From NCBI GenBank assembly GCA_009780675.1, contig WQZP01000012.1, positions 3,769 to 67,768 of the forward strand: a stretch of DNA of 64,000 nucleotides. Reading direction: 5' to 3'. The notes under the pieces were generated by a model, which was not told the DNA's origin, searched no databases, and saw only the letters and a program-made list of their open reading frames with translations. A program made the translations under genes and the position numbers. This document shows, one piece after another, positions 47,996-59,981 of this stretch. Within the stretch, counting starts at the first letter, position 1, and the number at the start of each line of letters is the position of its first letter. This DNA is from Spirochaetaceae bacterium (GTDB lineage: Bacteria; Spirochaetota; Spirochaetia; CADAEX01).

Positions 47996-49042
47996 GGGAA
48001 TTTTTCCAGGAACATTTCCCGCAGCATAATTCCATATTGTATCGCTCTCCATACAGAAGTAAATAGAAGAATTTGTAACTTCTTTCAATCTATTATACAG
48101 CTTGCGATATACCTCTTTTCTTCTCCTTTGCAGATACCTGTATTTTCCATCTGCGCAGGGAACAAATTCATCAAACAAATAAGGCCGCTCTGCTTGCGCA
48201 ATTTTTTCTTTTAAATCAGGGGGATATCTAAGTGTCCCAATACTGATCCACTTAATTTTTTCTTTTGGAAAAACCGAAAGTTTTTCTATTGTATCAAGAT
48301 AGCGTTTTTCCCATTCTTCTTCGCATATAACAGGGTCAAAATGAAAAGCAAGATTATATCCTGCTTTTACAGCCTTGGTTGCTGCATCAAGTCTATTATC
48401 CAGAGAAAATGCTTCTGTTTCTTCAGTCAAAATAATCTCCTCTGGATTAAGAGAAAAACTTATTACACCATTCCCTTTGTTTTTAATTTCAAGAAGATGA
48501 TCCACAAAACAAGTTTTTGTTTTAGCTTCAAAATATACATTTTCAGTATCAGCAAGACCTTGTATAAAATCTGCGCTCATTTCAAAAAGAGGATCAAATT
48601 GCAAAGAATCCCCAACTTCCCCAGTGCCCACCCTTACGATCCTATCTTTATTGCTTAAGGCAATTCTTTTTATCTCTTCTATTGAAGCAGAAGAGTCAAC
48701 ATAAACAGTAATAGGCGAAAAATTAAGGTAGCTTTTCATTATACAATAGCTGCACCCAAGCGTACATCCTTCATATAAATCAACAGTAAGATAATTGCAG
48801 CAAATGTGCCGCCTTGTTCCAGGGCAGCGCGTGACAAGCGCCCCCTTCCGCTTTGTAATAAAAAGAGTTTTACTGTTAAGGTGCTCTTCCGGAATATCTT
48901 TTGCAGAAACAATTTCTTTCACAGGAAGAGAGAGCCTCTCTATAGCTTTTTTTGATTCTTTATAAAGCAACGCATCTTCAGAGATATATATCCGGTCAAA
49001 TATATTTATATAATAATTTTTAAAGTAATTCGAAAATTTCAT
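47885..49042 (-). CDS. radical SAM protein, spore-photoproduct-lyase (SplB)/COG1533 family
   Basis: CTLGCSYC radical-SAM cluster (CxxxCxxC). SP-lyase-like conservation throughout. The C-terminal ~45 aa run through the GC island. Confidence 0.65.
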   Translation of the reverse strand: MKFSNYFKNYYINIFDRIYISEDALLYKESKKAIERLSLPVKEIVSAKDIPEEHLNSKTLFITKRKGALVTRCPGTRRHICCNYLTVDLYEGCTLGCSYCIMKSYLNFSPITVYVDSSASIEEIKRIALSNKDRIVRVGTGEVGDSLQFDPLFEMSADFIQGLADTENVYFEAKTKTCFVDHLLEIKNKGNGVISFSLNPEEIILTEETEAFSLDNRLDAATKAVKAGYNLAFHFDPVICEEEWEKRYLDTIEKLSVFPKEKIKWISIGTLRYPPDLKEKIAQAERPYLFDEFVPCADGKYRYLQRRRKEVYRKLYNRLKEVTNSSIYFCMESDTIWNYAAGNVPGKIPETTWLFKKISDMDVASRAATRTSSAAFLARVGGQRP

Positions 49043-49943
49043 CGCTTTTTTCTTTTAGATCCGAAAGTCTTTTAATTATTTTCTCAAGATGCTTTTTGCT
49101 CCTAAAAGAAAATTCAGCACTATATGAACTACCTTCAAAATAAGGGGGGTGCTTTAACTTTATCCCTGAATCTTTAAGAACAATAGAGTTAAACTGATCA
49201 AATTTTTCCCTGCATAAAGAAAGCTCAGGATATCTTATTATAATAACAGCTTCAAAAGGGATTTCTTCTTTTAATAATCCCTTAACAAGAGAAAAGCTTT
49301 TGTCGTTATCAAGAACCCCTTTTTTAATGATTTCTGATATATTTGTTAAAATTATCCTTCTATTGCTAAAAGATAAAGTCAACAGATATGGCTCAAGCAG
49401 TTCCAGGCTGTTTTCCGGAATATTGCTACAGTTTTTAGCAGTTTTTAGGTCAATAATACCTTTTTTTACAAAAGTTTTGAGAACAGGTGAAAAAGAATTA
49501 TATAACGAAGCAGTATTGAGAAATACACCCCCCTGCTCTACCAATAATAAAACAGAATTACTTACTTTGCCTTCAAGTTCTTTAACAATAAACAGATAAA
49601 TTTTTTCCTTCTCATCCCATGAGTAATTACTGCATCTATTTTCGCATTGAAGCGCAATAAGCAGTTTTTCCTCCTTTGTAAGATTTTTTGAATTTATATT
49701 TCTGCATAAAAGATTTTTCATTCCTGCTTTTGAAGCAGCATTAATTATATGAAATCCCCATATAACAAGTTCATTATCAACAACAGGGAGAGGATAAAGC
49801 TCTTTTTTTACCAAATCGATTATTTCATGGTTTTTGCAATCATCATGGTTAGTGGAAAAAAAATCAAAAATGGGGCTGCTATTTAAAAGCTTCCCAAGTT
49901 CTTCTTCATAAATGTTTTGGCTATTAATTTTCATCAGTAACAT
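49020..49943 (-). CDS. hypothetical protein with a degenerate ParB/Srx-like N-terminal domain
   Basis: PLPVVDNELVIWGFHIINAASKAGMKNLLCR...LTKEEKLLIALQCEN parallels ParB (GERRWRAAKLAGL...LDDEEALELALIEN), with GFHI in place of GERR. Overlaps the SplB-like gene by 23 nt. Confidence 0.35.
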   Translation of the reverse strand: MLLMKINSQNIYEEELGKLLNSSPIFDFFSTNHDDCKNHEIIDLVKKELYPLPVVDNELVIWGFHIINAASKAGMKNLLCRNINSKNLTKEEKLLIALQCENRCSNYSWDEKEKIYLFIVKELEGKVSNSVLLLVEQGGVFLNTASLYNSFSPVLKTFVKKGIIDLKTAKNCSNIPENSLELLEPYLLTLSFSNRRIILTNISEIIKKGVLDNDKSFSLVKGLLKEEIPFEAVIIIRYPELSLCREKFDQFNSIVLKDSGIKLKHPPYFEGSSYSAEFSFRSKKHLEKIIKRLSDLKEKSDEIFELL

Positions 49944-50057
49944 AAAATTACCAAAATAATTGTTATTTTTCTAGAGCCCCTGCATAAACCCGGCAGCAAT
50001 AATCATTTGAAGCAATAAACACTTTGAGTTAGCTCATAAAGGAAAGTGAGTAGTCAC

Positions 50058-50459
50058 TCACCAAAGTAGTTTTAAACCATCTTTTTTGTATTGTTCAAAT
50101 AATTCATCTTTGCTTATCATTACCATATTTTTAGTTATTGCCTGCCATATTAACATTCTATCAAATGGATCTTTATGATCTTTTTTTAGCGGCAATTCAT
50201 GGAATGAGATAGCTTCATTTTCTTGTATATTTATTACATTAAAATCCATATTTTTTGCAAGTTGAGGAAAAAATTTTATATCCACATTTTTAAATGAAAA
50301 TTTCTTCATTCTTGTTTTTAATGATATTTCCCAAAATGAAACAGTACTAATGCAAATTTCATTGTTTTTATTGAAAATTATGTCTTTACACTTTTTACTT
50401 AATCTATCTGTTTCTAAAATAGTCCAAATAAATGTGTGGGTATCCAGAAGATAAATCAT
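50058..50459 (-). CDS. vapC: PIN-domain toxin (VapC-like)
   Basis: MIYLLDTHTFIW...ISTVSFWEI is a PIN N-terminus with the acidic residue. Overlaps the antitoxin gene by 4 nt. Confidence 0.75.
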   Translation of the reverse strand: MIYLLDTHTFIWTILETDRLSKKCKDIIFNKNNEICISTVSFWEISLKTRMKKFSFKNVDIKFFPQLAKNMDFNVINIQENEAISFHELPLKKDHKDPFDRMLIWQAITKNMVMISKDELFEQYKKDGLKLLW

Positions 50460-50716
50460 ATTCCTAAAAATTCTTCTTCGGTAATTTTGGGATTTTCGAT
50501 TATATTAAACGTTGCTTTTCCATTTAAAATACCAATTTGTCTGGGTGTATCTATATTTTTAATTGGAACTATCATAGCAACTGGTCTTTTTGATTTACCA
50601 TATAAAATTTTAATACTTTCCCCATTTTTTACTTGGACAAGTATATCAGAAAAATGAGTTTTTATTTCAGCAACTGTTAATGCCTTCATATTTTTAGTAT
50701 AAAATATTTTTGTCAA
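50456..50716 (-). CDS. vapB: Phd/YefM-like antitoxin (VapB)
   Basis: LTVAEIKTHFSDILVQVKNGESIKILYGKSKRPVAMIVP. Confidence 0.6.
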   Translation of the reverse strand: MTKIFYTKNMKALTVAEIKTHFSDILVQVKNGESIKILYGKSKRPVAMIVPIKNIDTPRQIGILNGKATFNIIENPKITEEEFLGI

Positions 50717-50814
50717 CTTGTCAAGAAAAGGCGCAAACTTAAAATAGGCTTATCGACTCCCACGCGAGAGGCATCACGCATACTACTTACTCTTCCTATT
50801 GATAAACGAGTTTT

Positions 50815-51078
50815 TCATGAATGGCAATTGACACTTTTTTTTGATTTTTCATAAAGTACCTCGGGATCTAAATCGATTCCATTAGGCCAACCTATTGTAT
50901 CAAATGATATTTTGACCATTTTGAAAAAATTCTCATCTTTTAATGCCTTGAACAGCCCTGTATCCAAGTATGGTTTTACATCAAATACTTTTATCTCTTT
51001 ATTTTCAAAAGTTAATTCTAATTTATAACCATCCAAAGCCTTTACTTTACTAACAGATAAATACAATATATACCCCAA
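50815..51078 (-). CDS. DUF2442-domain protein
   Basis: 87 aa. LELTFENKEIKVFDVKPYL...ISFDTIGWPNGIDLDPEVLY is the DUF2442 pattern. Confidence 0.55.
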   Translation of the reverse strand: MGYILYLSVSKVKALDGYKLELTFENKEIKVFDVKPYLDTGLFKALKDENFFKMVKISFDTIGWPNGIDLDPEVLYEKSKKSVNCHS

Positions 51079-51087
51079 TTTAAACCA

Positions 51088-51120
51088 TAAAAAAAGCAGC
51101 CCTCAAAGGCTGCTTTTTAT
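51088..51120 (-). terminator. rho-independent terminator downstream of the porin gene
   Basis: GCAGCC-ctcaaa-GGCTGC followed by a T-run on the minus strand. Confidence 0.7.
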
Positions 51121-51147
51121 TGTTAATTAACTATTTATCTTAGACAA

Positions 51148-52485
51148 TTAGAAACTAGCATTAACTGTGAACATAAGTCCACCTTTCCAATCTCCACCAA
51201 CTCTGCCGTGTGCGCCATTTCCAGTAGGTCCTGTGTTTCCAAGTCCCCATGTATCTGACATATATGTGCTAGCAGCATTTGTAGCTGAAGAACGTCTAGC
51301 ATCTTCGTTAAGTATTAAATAACCAAGGTCATATCTAACTCTACCTGGTCTTAAAACAACTCCAAATTCTGCGCCAAGGAATGTTTCATTATTAGCTTTT
51401 TTTTCTTTGAAATCGCTCATAGCAAATTTTGCTCCTGCCTGAACAGCAAGGAAGTTTGTTACAGCGTAACTTGCTGATAAACCAAGTTTTCCTGTTGGGA
51501 AAAATTCGTTAGTATTATCGCTAATTCCACCTGCGAAAGCAAGACCTAAGTCAAGTCCAAGAACAGAAAAACCAGCTAAAAGTTTGTACATAGTTGCAAA
51601 CTCATCAGATGCATTACCTACTGCGGCTGCTGAATATGGATAGAAACCACCCCAATATTTATTTTTTACATCAAGAACACCACCAATGCTAAGGCGCATA
51701 TCATCACCAATGTTTGTTGCAACTTGAGCTTCTACACCAAATCCTCTACTAGGAATTCTGCTGCGGTTAGCTGTAACTGCAATTTCTTGATCATTATGAG
51801 CTCCATCCTGTAAAAAGAAAGCTTCCAACCAAATATCCACAGGCTCTACAACTGTTGACAAGTCAATACCAGCTCCAGCAATAAAGCTTGGGCGAGCTGT
51901 ATTATAAGCTGCAAAACCAGTTGCTAAGTATGGTCTTACGATTCCCATAATATTAAAATCAAGTCTACCACCAAAGTCTCTTGCTGTTTCCCATCCTTGT
52001 CCACCAACTCCCCAAATAGTATAAGAAAGTCTGTCAAAAGGTCCAAACGCAGCATAACCAACTGTAGTTGTAATGCCTACTGAATCTTCAAAACCAAAGT
52101 ATCTTGCCCAGTTTGTTGTTACTGTAGCTGTGTGTACATAGAGAAGATTGCCCATCGCACCTGGGTTAGTTGGTTGACCAAATTGACCTAGTGCGGACTC
52201 AGTAGTAGTGCCGAACGCACCAAAAGTTCCATCAGTAGACTCCTGTCCACCAACAAGACCAACACCCGCTCTATTTCTTAAACCTCTCATTTCAAAGCGA
52301 ACAGCATTATAGTCGTCAACATTTGAGCGCAAAACAAGTCTTGCTCTGTCAAATCTTGCCATATAGTTGTTCTCCTGTACATCCCATATAGCGCCAAGTC
52401 TAAATGTACCTGAAAGCGTAGGGCTTGCCATAACAGGTGTAGCAAAAATTACTATTGCAAGAGCTATTAATAGATATTTTTTCAT
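51148..52485 (-). CDS. outer-membrane porin-like protein (Msp-like)
   Basis: Signal peptide. Beta-strand alternation throughout. C-terminal ...FTVNASF. GC-richer, biased codon usage suggests high expression. Confidence 0.45.
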   Translation of the reverse strand: MKKYLLIALAIVIFATPVMASPTLSGTFRLGAIWDVQENNYMARFDRARLVLRSNVDDYNAVRFEMRGLRNRAGVGLVGGQESTDGTFGAFGTTTESALGQFGQPTNPGAMGNLLYVHTATVTTNWARYFGFEDSVGITTTVGYAAFGPFDRLSYTIWGVGGQGWETARDFGGRLDFNIMGIVRPYLATGFAAYNTARPSFIAGAGIDLSTVVEPVDIWLEAFFLQDGAHNDQEIAVTANRSRIPSRGFGVEAQVATNIGDDMRLSIGGVLDVKNKYWGGFYPYSAAAVGNASDEFATMYKLLAGFSVLGLDLGLAFAGGISDNTNEFFPTGKLGLSASYAVTNFLAVQAGAKFAMSDFKEKKANNETFLGAEFGVVLRPGRVRYDLGYLILNEDARRSSATNAASTYMSDTWGLGNTGPTGNGAHGRVGGDWKGGLMFTVNASF

Positions 52486-52851
52486 TCTAAAACCTCTCCT
52501 TTTAAAATTAGGGATATAAATCTACGACTTATATATTCTTTCCCTTAAAAAGTTTCTCAAATCAGATTATATATATTTTAAAATTTTTAGTCAAGAATAT
52601 TTTATAACTATTGTAATAAAATAAAAAAAAATAAAATTTACCCTATATATTGCCCTTTTTTTACTACACCACGCTGTATATAGTGGTGCTCCTGTGGGCA
52701 CATAACTTAGAAAAACCCCGATTTTTATCGAAAAAACAGAGTCCGTGGATTATCGCATTTGTCAAGTATTTTTACAAACCACCACTCCCTTATGTAATGT
52801 TTTTTATAAAAAGTAGAACCTCTTTTTGTAATTTTATGTAAAATATCTACT

Positions 52852-53493
52852 ATGATTAAGCATATACTTTTTGATGCAGATCAAACTTTATACCCTGCTT
52901 CTTCTCGTGTGGAAGCAGAAATGGTAAGGCGCATAAATATTTTTGTAGCAGAGTATCTTGGAATTTCAATCGAAGAAGCTATACTTTTTAGGACAAACAG
53001 GGAAAAAAAATATGCTTCTACCCTTGAATGGCTGCAGGAAGCTAAAGGACTTAATAATGCAGAACCTTTTTTTTCCGCTATCCACCCTGTAGATTTTGAA
53101 AATTATTTTCCCAAAAACCCTGCTTTAGTTCATTTGCTTTCAAAAATAGCAGTCCCTTGCTCGATTTTTACCAATTCATGGAAAAAACACGCGGAAAACA
53201 TCCTAAAATACCTCGAAATTTCCCATTTTTTTACAAATATTTTTGATATTGTTTTTAATAACTATTTTGGGAAACCGCACATCACTGCATTCACAAATGT
53301 CCTTAAATCCCTTGACCTTAAACCCCAGGAAGTGCTTTTAATCGATGATATAAAGCAATCTACTGATACTTTTTATTCTCTTGGGGGTAATGTAATCCTT
53401 GTAGATGAGTCAGATAAATATGATGAAGTAAAATATGAGAAAATACATTATATAGAAGAAATAGAGCCTGTTTTAGAAAAATTAATAAGGTGA
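52852..53493 (+). CDS. HAD-superfamily hydrolase
   Basis: ILFDADQTLY (DxDxT motif I) and downstream HAD motifs. Confidence 0.7.
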   Translation: MIKHILFDADQTLYPASSRVEAEMVRRINIFVAEYLGISIEEAILFRTNREKKYASTLEWLQEAKGLNNAEPFFSAIHPVDFENYFPKNPALVHLLSKIAVPCSIFTNSWKKHAENILKYLEISHFFTNIFDIVFNNYFGKPHITAFTNVLKSLDLKPQEVLLIDDIKQSTDTFYSLGGNVILVDESDKYDEVKYEKIHYIEEIEPVLEKLIR

Positions 53494-53538
53494 CAGTCCC
53501 CGTTGTCTTGGTTTATAATTAGAAAAATAACTATATAA

Positions 53539-54846
<1,308 letters not shown>

Positions 54847-54861
54847 CTATACGGCTTTTCA

Positions 54862-54915
54862 CTCATCTGCCATTGCGAATTCTGCGTAAAGCAGGGCAAA
54901 GCAATGGCAGATGAG
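54862..54915. terminator. long inverted repeat (15-bp stem) between convergent eno and ompA-like genes
   Basis: ctcatctgccattgc ... gcaatggcagatgag. Confidence 0.6.
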
Positions 54916-56139
54916 CTAGTCTTCAAGTATAATGATTTCAACACGGCGGTTTCTTGCTCTTCCTTCTTCTGTGGCATTATTTCCTACTGGAATGGTTCCC
55001 CCTTTGCCGGTAAAGATAAGCCTGTCGCTGCTTATTCCGTATTGCCTAAGAAGCTGGGCAATTCTTTCAGCTCTTAGAATTGAAAGCTCCATTTGACTTT
55101 CTGCAGTGCCAACATCTGCGGTATGTCCAACAATAAGAAAAGTTCTGTCAGGAATTCTTCTTAAAATAGTTGATATTATCTCTACTTTTCTATTTTCACC
55201 AGGCAAGAGTTCAGCGCGGTCCGGAACAAAGTGTATATTATTGGTAGTCAGGGATATCCCCTCTTCTATTTCTTTAACATCGAAATCTTCGATATCCAAA
55301 GAGCTTCTTATTATTGATTCCATAATATCGTTTTTAACAACATCTCTTTTCATTGGAACGACATTTGAATACCATATATGGGAAAAACCTCTCATTGAAA
55401 CAGCCAAAGATGGGAATGTATAAACTTCATCAATATTTTTCTGTATAAAAAATGGAGTGTAATCTTTTGTTGTAATATAAATTGTAGCATTGCGGGAGCC
55501 TGAAACTCTTAATAAATCCTGGTCACCATAAGGGTCATCCCCTTGGTTATATCTCATAGCATATCTGGCAGTTATTGAATGTACTTCAACACCTTGAAAG
55601 TGTGTTATTCCTGCATATCTGTATTCGCTAATGAAATTTATCTTCGTAAACAGATTTTTTCTTAAAGGGTCTACAACAATACTGCCTGCTGCTTCCCATG
55701 TGCTCCCAATTCTAAGGTTTTGCTGCTCCGGGAAAACAGGAAATCCCAGAAGCCGGGGGAAAATCGAGTCCTCATCTCTTTCAATACTGCCGTCCCTGTT
55801 TACAATAAAACTTCCATCAATTATATTGTTTACTTTTCTTACAAGATCCCTGCCTTGTGATTTTAATTCTTCAAAAATAAAGGTTCTTCCTGCAAACTTT
55901 TTTTCAAAAGGGGTGTCTGCGACAAGTGAAAAATTTTCCCTTATTTCCCTGAACGCATGTCCCTTATAAACATTATTTTCCCTTACTCTAATATTATATA
56001 TGGTTCTTGTCTGATAGGCGCCTGTATATATAAAAACCGAAGAGAGCTCATTTGTATTACGACCCAAACTTTGTCCATATGAATAAATTGCTACTATAAA
56101 TAGAAAGATTGCGGCAAATATTGTCTTGTAATGTTTCAA
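54916..56139 (-). CDS. OmpA/MotB C-terminal-domain protein
   Basis: C-terminal FLIVGHTADVGTAESQMELSILRAERIAQLL...ARNRRVEI. N-terminal signal peptide. Confidence 0.7.
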   Translation of the reverse strand: MKHYKTIFAAIFLFIVAIYSYGQSLGRNTNELSSVFIYTGAYQTRTIYNIRVRENNVYKGHAFREIRENFSLVADTPFEKKFAGRTFIFEELKSQGRDLVRKVNNIIDGSFIVNRDGSIERDEDSIFPRLLGFPVFPEQQNLRIGSTWEAAGSIVVDPLRKNLFTKINFISEYRYAGITHFQGVEVHSITARYAMRYNQGDDPYGDQDLLRVSGSRNATIYITTKDYTPFFIQKNIDEVYTFPSLAVSMRGFSHIWYSNVVPMKRDVVKNDIMESIIRSSLDIEDFDVKEIEEGISLTTNNIHFVPDRAELLPGENRKVEIISTILRRIPDRTFLIVGHTADVGTAESQMELSILRAERIAQLLRQYGISSDRLIFTGKGGTIPVGNNATEEGRARNRRVEIIILED

Positions 56140-56163
56140 AGTTTTACCTTCTTTTTTGGTTAG

Positions 56164-59100
56164 TTAGCTTTTCTTCAAGTATTTTTCCAGTGCGCCAGCA
56201 ATCTCTTCCAGGACAAGTGGTTTACCGATATGACCGTTCATACCTGAAGCAAGACATTTTTCAATATCTTCTTTGAAAACATTTGCAGTCATTGCAATAA
56301 TAGGAATATCTGCTGCCCGCTCAACATTGGATGAGCGTATGACTCTTGTTGCAGAAAAGCCATCCATTTCCGGCATTTGGATATCCATGAATATCATTCC
56401 ATACTTCAAAGGGTTTTCTAAAAATGCTTTTACAGCTTCAGTGCCGTTTGTAGCACAATCTATATCCAGTTCTGTGGGCTCAAGAAGAGCCAGAACAATC
56501 TCCCGGTTAATATCTACATCTTCTGCAAGGAGAATAGAGTGGCCTTTATAGGTTTTTATAACCTCTGTTTGCTGTTTCTGGGCTTGTGTACTCAAACACT
56601 CGTTTATACAATCTGCAATAGATGACATAAATAATGGTTTAGGAATAAATCTAGTTATACCAACCTCGCGCGCTTTTTCCTGAATAATACTCCAATCAGT
56701 CGCTGATATCATAATAATAGCCAAATTATCAATGTGCTTTTCATTCATAATACGCACAAGCTCAACGCCATTCATTTCTGGCATAACCCAGTCTATGAAA
56801 TACATATTATAGGGGCCATTTTTAGCAATCAACAAAAGGGCTTCCTCTCCACTCAATGCTGTGTCACATATAATACCCAATTGGTTGGCAGCTTCCTCAA
56901 AAAAAGTAAGGACACTGGGATCATCGTCAACAGCAAGCAGCCGCATGGTTTCCTGATTAAATTCAGTGGCAAGCAGCCTCTTTTCCTCCCCTGTGCAGCG
57001 GGCAAGACAAACTGTAAACGAGAAAGTAGCCCCCTTCCCAAGTTCAGAATCAACCCATATACTGCCGTCCATCATTTCAATAATACTTTTGGAAATAACA
57101 AGGCCCAGTCCTGTGCCTCCGTATTTACGCGAAGTACTGCTTTCTGCCTGTTCAAAGGAATTAAACAGCCTGGACTTTTGTTCAGCGCTTATACCAATGC
57201 CAGTATCGGAAATCGCTATCAATAGCGTATAGATGCTGTTTTTCTCGGATAAAATCTTTATATCCATATGTATTGAGCCACCATCAGGCGTAAATTTGAC
57301 TGCATTGGTAAGCAAATTTGTAATAACCTGAGCAAGCCGCTGGTCATCCCCTATAAGTGTGTGAGGTATCGCAGGATCTATATGAACAGACAACTTCTGC
57401 TTCTTTTCATCAGCGCGGAAGTTTATCACATCCACCACCCGTTGAAGCATTTTTTCAAACACAAACTCTATAACAAAAAGGCTGAACTTATTTGCCTCTA
57501 TCTTCGACATATCCAGAATGTCATTGATAACTCCAAGCAAATGCTTTGACGCATTCTGGATTTTGTTTAGGGCATAATCCTTTTTTTCAATGTTCGGCGC
57601 AGTCACACCAATAGAAGCCATCCCAATAACAGCATTCATCGGCGTACGTATTTCATGACTCATATTAGACAAAAAGGTACTCTTGGCACGGTTTGCCTGC
57701 TCTGCTTTTTGCCTGGCGATCTCTATCTCCGTAACATCATTTGTTACGATTATATATCCAATTCTGTAGCCTTCTTTATCCAGCAAGTAATTCGCGGTCC
57801 CTTTGTAGTAATGCTCACTGTCTTCCTTATACAACACTTCTGCTTCCCTTTCTTCATTCAATGCAGTAATAGGACAATATTTTGAGCCTGCAGGATAAAC
57901 ACTTATGTGATCGTAAGAGGTCCCTATAACTTCTTCCAAAGTTTTCCCGACGATGCTCAAGGCATGGGCATTCATATAAATAATCTCGTGGTTCATATTA
58001 ATAATCGAAAGCGGTTCGGTTATGCTTTCTTCTATACTATCTGCCATTTCATCAAATGAATCAGCAAGGGTGCCAAACTCGTCCTTGATGGTTGAATTGA
58101 TACGGAATTGACGCTCCCCGGATCGAAACTTGGATATGCCTCGTATAAGCAGCCGAATGTTATCTGTAAGATAAGACGAGAGAATAATTGCAGCCAAAAC
58201 CACTATAAGGAGTAACAACAGGCTTATTGCAAACAGTTTGAGTGAGTTTATGAATATATTGCTATTAATAACATTGGTAAGCTTGCTTCCTGTAACAAGA
58301 GCAGGTTGGTAGAAATCTTCAAGGCTTGCTCCTACTGTAACAAAACCAAAGCCGCGTCTGGAAAAATTATTGGTTTCTGACGGGGCAAATTGCCCTGTAA
58401 AATAAGGGATTGCCGCAACAGTCGTAAGCTTTTCAATGCCGCTCCAGAGAATGTAAAACGACCCAGATCCGCCGTTTTCTGTAATATCCATCCAGCCAGT
58501 ACATTGAGGAGCATTGTTAAGATAACGCCCGTCCAGCCCCACAAAGCCAGCTCTTGTAAGCGCTGGATGCGGGCTCTTGTCGCGCGACTGGTTGTCAAAA
58601 GTTGGCCAACCAACAATAAATTCATTCCACTTTTCTATTCCGCTCGCTTTCCAGGCTTCATATATGGAAGTTTCCAGCCATGGCACTTCGGGCTCACCTG
58701 TTTCGGGGTTAAAACCAACAATGGAATGATGCCTTGGGTGGCAGATGCTGCGGGATTTATGATCCCAAATAAATGCGTAATTGCCATCATAAGCATTGGG
58801 AAGGTTGGTATAGCGCTCATTCATGGGGGTAATATAATCCACAAATCGCATAATATGATCATGGTTTAAAGCAAATGTTACATAACCAATAATATTGCCA
58901 TCATTGCCAACAACCGGAGTTGCCCATCGCACAATGCCCTCAAACCGCTGCCCATTGGGGTTTTCCATCCCAGCGTATGCCTGAGCTTCTGGATCAAATT
59001 TTATATCATAACCCCGTTCATCAATAGCCCTCTCAATATTAGAAGGGGTGTACATACCTATATAGTTTGTACCCACATACGCGCCAATAACATCTGATAC

Positions 59101-59823
59101 AAAAATTTCCCCAGGCCTTAATTTCTTTAATTGCTCAAAATAAGTTTCTGCCCTGACATATGTATTTGCCCTAATGGATATATTGACCTTCTCCGGATTC
59201 ATGGGAAAATGTCTTTTTGTTGAATGGGGCGTTACATATTTATAAATTTGATTTCCCTGCAAATCAATAAACGCTATTTCATCGTATAGCGGCACTTTAA
59301 TATATTCAAAAAGATCACGAGGCCTGTAATTAAAAAAATCATTTCTGTTATTTTCCATGTTTGAGGATTGCGCGCCCTCTTCTTCATGAATATGCTGATG
59401 CAGCGGTACCCATGACATTTGGTCCGGCGCCAGCTTCCATTTGCCCCTCTCCCTTAAGTGGCTGCGTTTGTTCTCGGCAAAAAGTTTAAAAGTTTCGTCC
59501 GAAAGAGGCAATTGGGAAAGTAAAAGAATATCTTCATCCCGCTGATACAGGAAGTAAGCAACTGCGATAGCTGCATCAGTGGTAATTCTTTCAATATTCT
59601 CAATAGCGCTTTCATTCAGGGCTTTTGACGAGTCTGCAACAGCAATATCGCGCAATATATGACCAAACAAAGAGAATTGAGCCAACATAACAATTGTAAG
59701 CAAAATAATAGGGATGACCTTTACAATAAGAAAAGTAATGACCAGCTTGGTGCGCAAATTCAAGTTCACTTGATTCAGTTTACGCCCCAACCATTTTGAC
59801 ATATTTTTTGTATAGTGTTTCAC
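56164..59823 (-). CDS. hybrid sensor histidine kinase with periplasmic Cache-like domain, HAMP, PAS, HisKA-HATPase and two receiver domains
   Basis: H-box [12 protein letters not shown]-boxes (GGTGLGL). Two REC domains with conserved Asp (LAVDDD.., [17 protein letters not shown]). Confidence 0.85.
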   Translation of the reverse strand: MKHYTKNMSKWLGRKLNQVNLNLRTKLVITFLIVKVIPIILLTIVMLAQFSLFGHILRDIAVADSSKALNESAIENIERITTDAAIAVAYFLYQRDEDILLLSQLPLSDETFKLFAENKRSHLRERGKWKLAPDQMSWVPLHQHIHEEEGAQSSNMENNRNDFFNYRPRDLFEYIKVPLYDEIAFIDLQGNQIYKYVTPHSTKRHFPMNPEKVNISIRANTYVRAETYFEQLKKLRPGEIFVSDVIGAYVGTNYIGMYTPSNIERAIDERGYDIKFDPEAQAYAGMENPNGQRFEGIVRWATPVVGNDGNIIGYVTFALNHDHIMRFVDYITPMNERYTNLPNAYDGNYAFIWDHKSRSICHPRHHSIVGFNPETGEPEVPWLETSIYEAWKASGIEKWNEFIVGWPTFDNQSRDKSPHPALTRAGFVGLDGRYLNNAPQCTGWMDITENGGSGSFYILWSGIEKLTTVAAIPYFTGQFAPSETNNFSRRGFGFVTVGASLEDFYQPALVTGSKLTNVINSNIFINSLKLFAISLLLLLIVVLAAIILSSYLTDNIRLLIRGISKFRSGERQFRINSTIKDEFGTLADSFDEMADSIEESITEPLSIINMNHEIIYMNAHALSIVGKTLEEVIGTSYDHISVYPAGSKYCPITALNEEREAEVLYKEDSEHYYKGTANYLLDKEGYRIGYIIVTNDVTEIEIARQKAEQANRAKSTFLSNMSHEIRTPMNAVIGMASIGVTAPNIEKKDYALNKIQNASKHLLGVINDILDMSKIEANKFSLFVIEFVFEKMLQRVVDVINFRADEKKQKLSVHIDPAIPHTLIGDDQRLAQVITNLLTNAVKFTPDGGSIHMDIKILSEKNSIYTLLIAISDTGIGISAEQKSRLFNSFEQAESSTSRKYGGTGLGLVISKSIIEMMDGSIWVDSELGKGATFSFTVCLARCTGEEKRLLATEFNQETMRLLAVDDDPSVLTFFEEAANQLGIICDTALSGEEALLLIAKNGPYNMYFIDWVMPEMNGVELVRIMNEKHIDNLAIIMISATDWSIIQEKAREVGITRFIPKPLFMSSIADCINECLSTQAQKQQTEVIKTYKGHSILLAEDVDINREIVLALLEPTELDIDCATNGTEAVKAFLENPLKYGMIFMDIQMPEMDGFSATRVIRSSNVERAADIPIIAMTANVFKEDIEKCLASGMNGHIGKPLVLEEIAGALEKYLKKS

Positions 59824-59914
59824 TACCCCCCCTACTCCAAAACCCCAAAGCGCACTAACCGCTAAAAATCATACTACAATAATAGATACAGAAACCATTG
59901 TAAATACAAAGACA

Positions 59915-59965
59915 AAAAAGCCCCGATGAAAATCGGGGCTTGTCCCCCGAAGAAAATCGGGGTCT
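59915..59965 (-). terminator. tandem-hairpin rho-independent terminator
   Basis: CCCCGA-agaaaa-TCGGGG and GCCCCGAT-gaaa-ATCGGGGC followed by a T-run on the minus strand. Confidence 0.65.
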
Positions 59966-59981
59966 AAATTTTATAATTTAA

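Noticed and set aside
47821-48029. ORFs 47821-48027 (-) and 47838-48029 (+)
   Set aside because: They are generated by the stop-codon-poor GC-rich palindromic island. They are mutually overlapping and have no ribosome-binding site.
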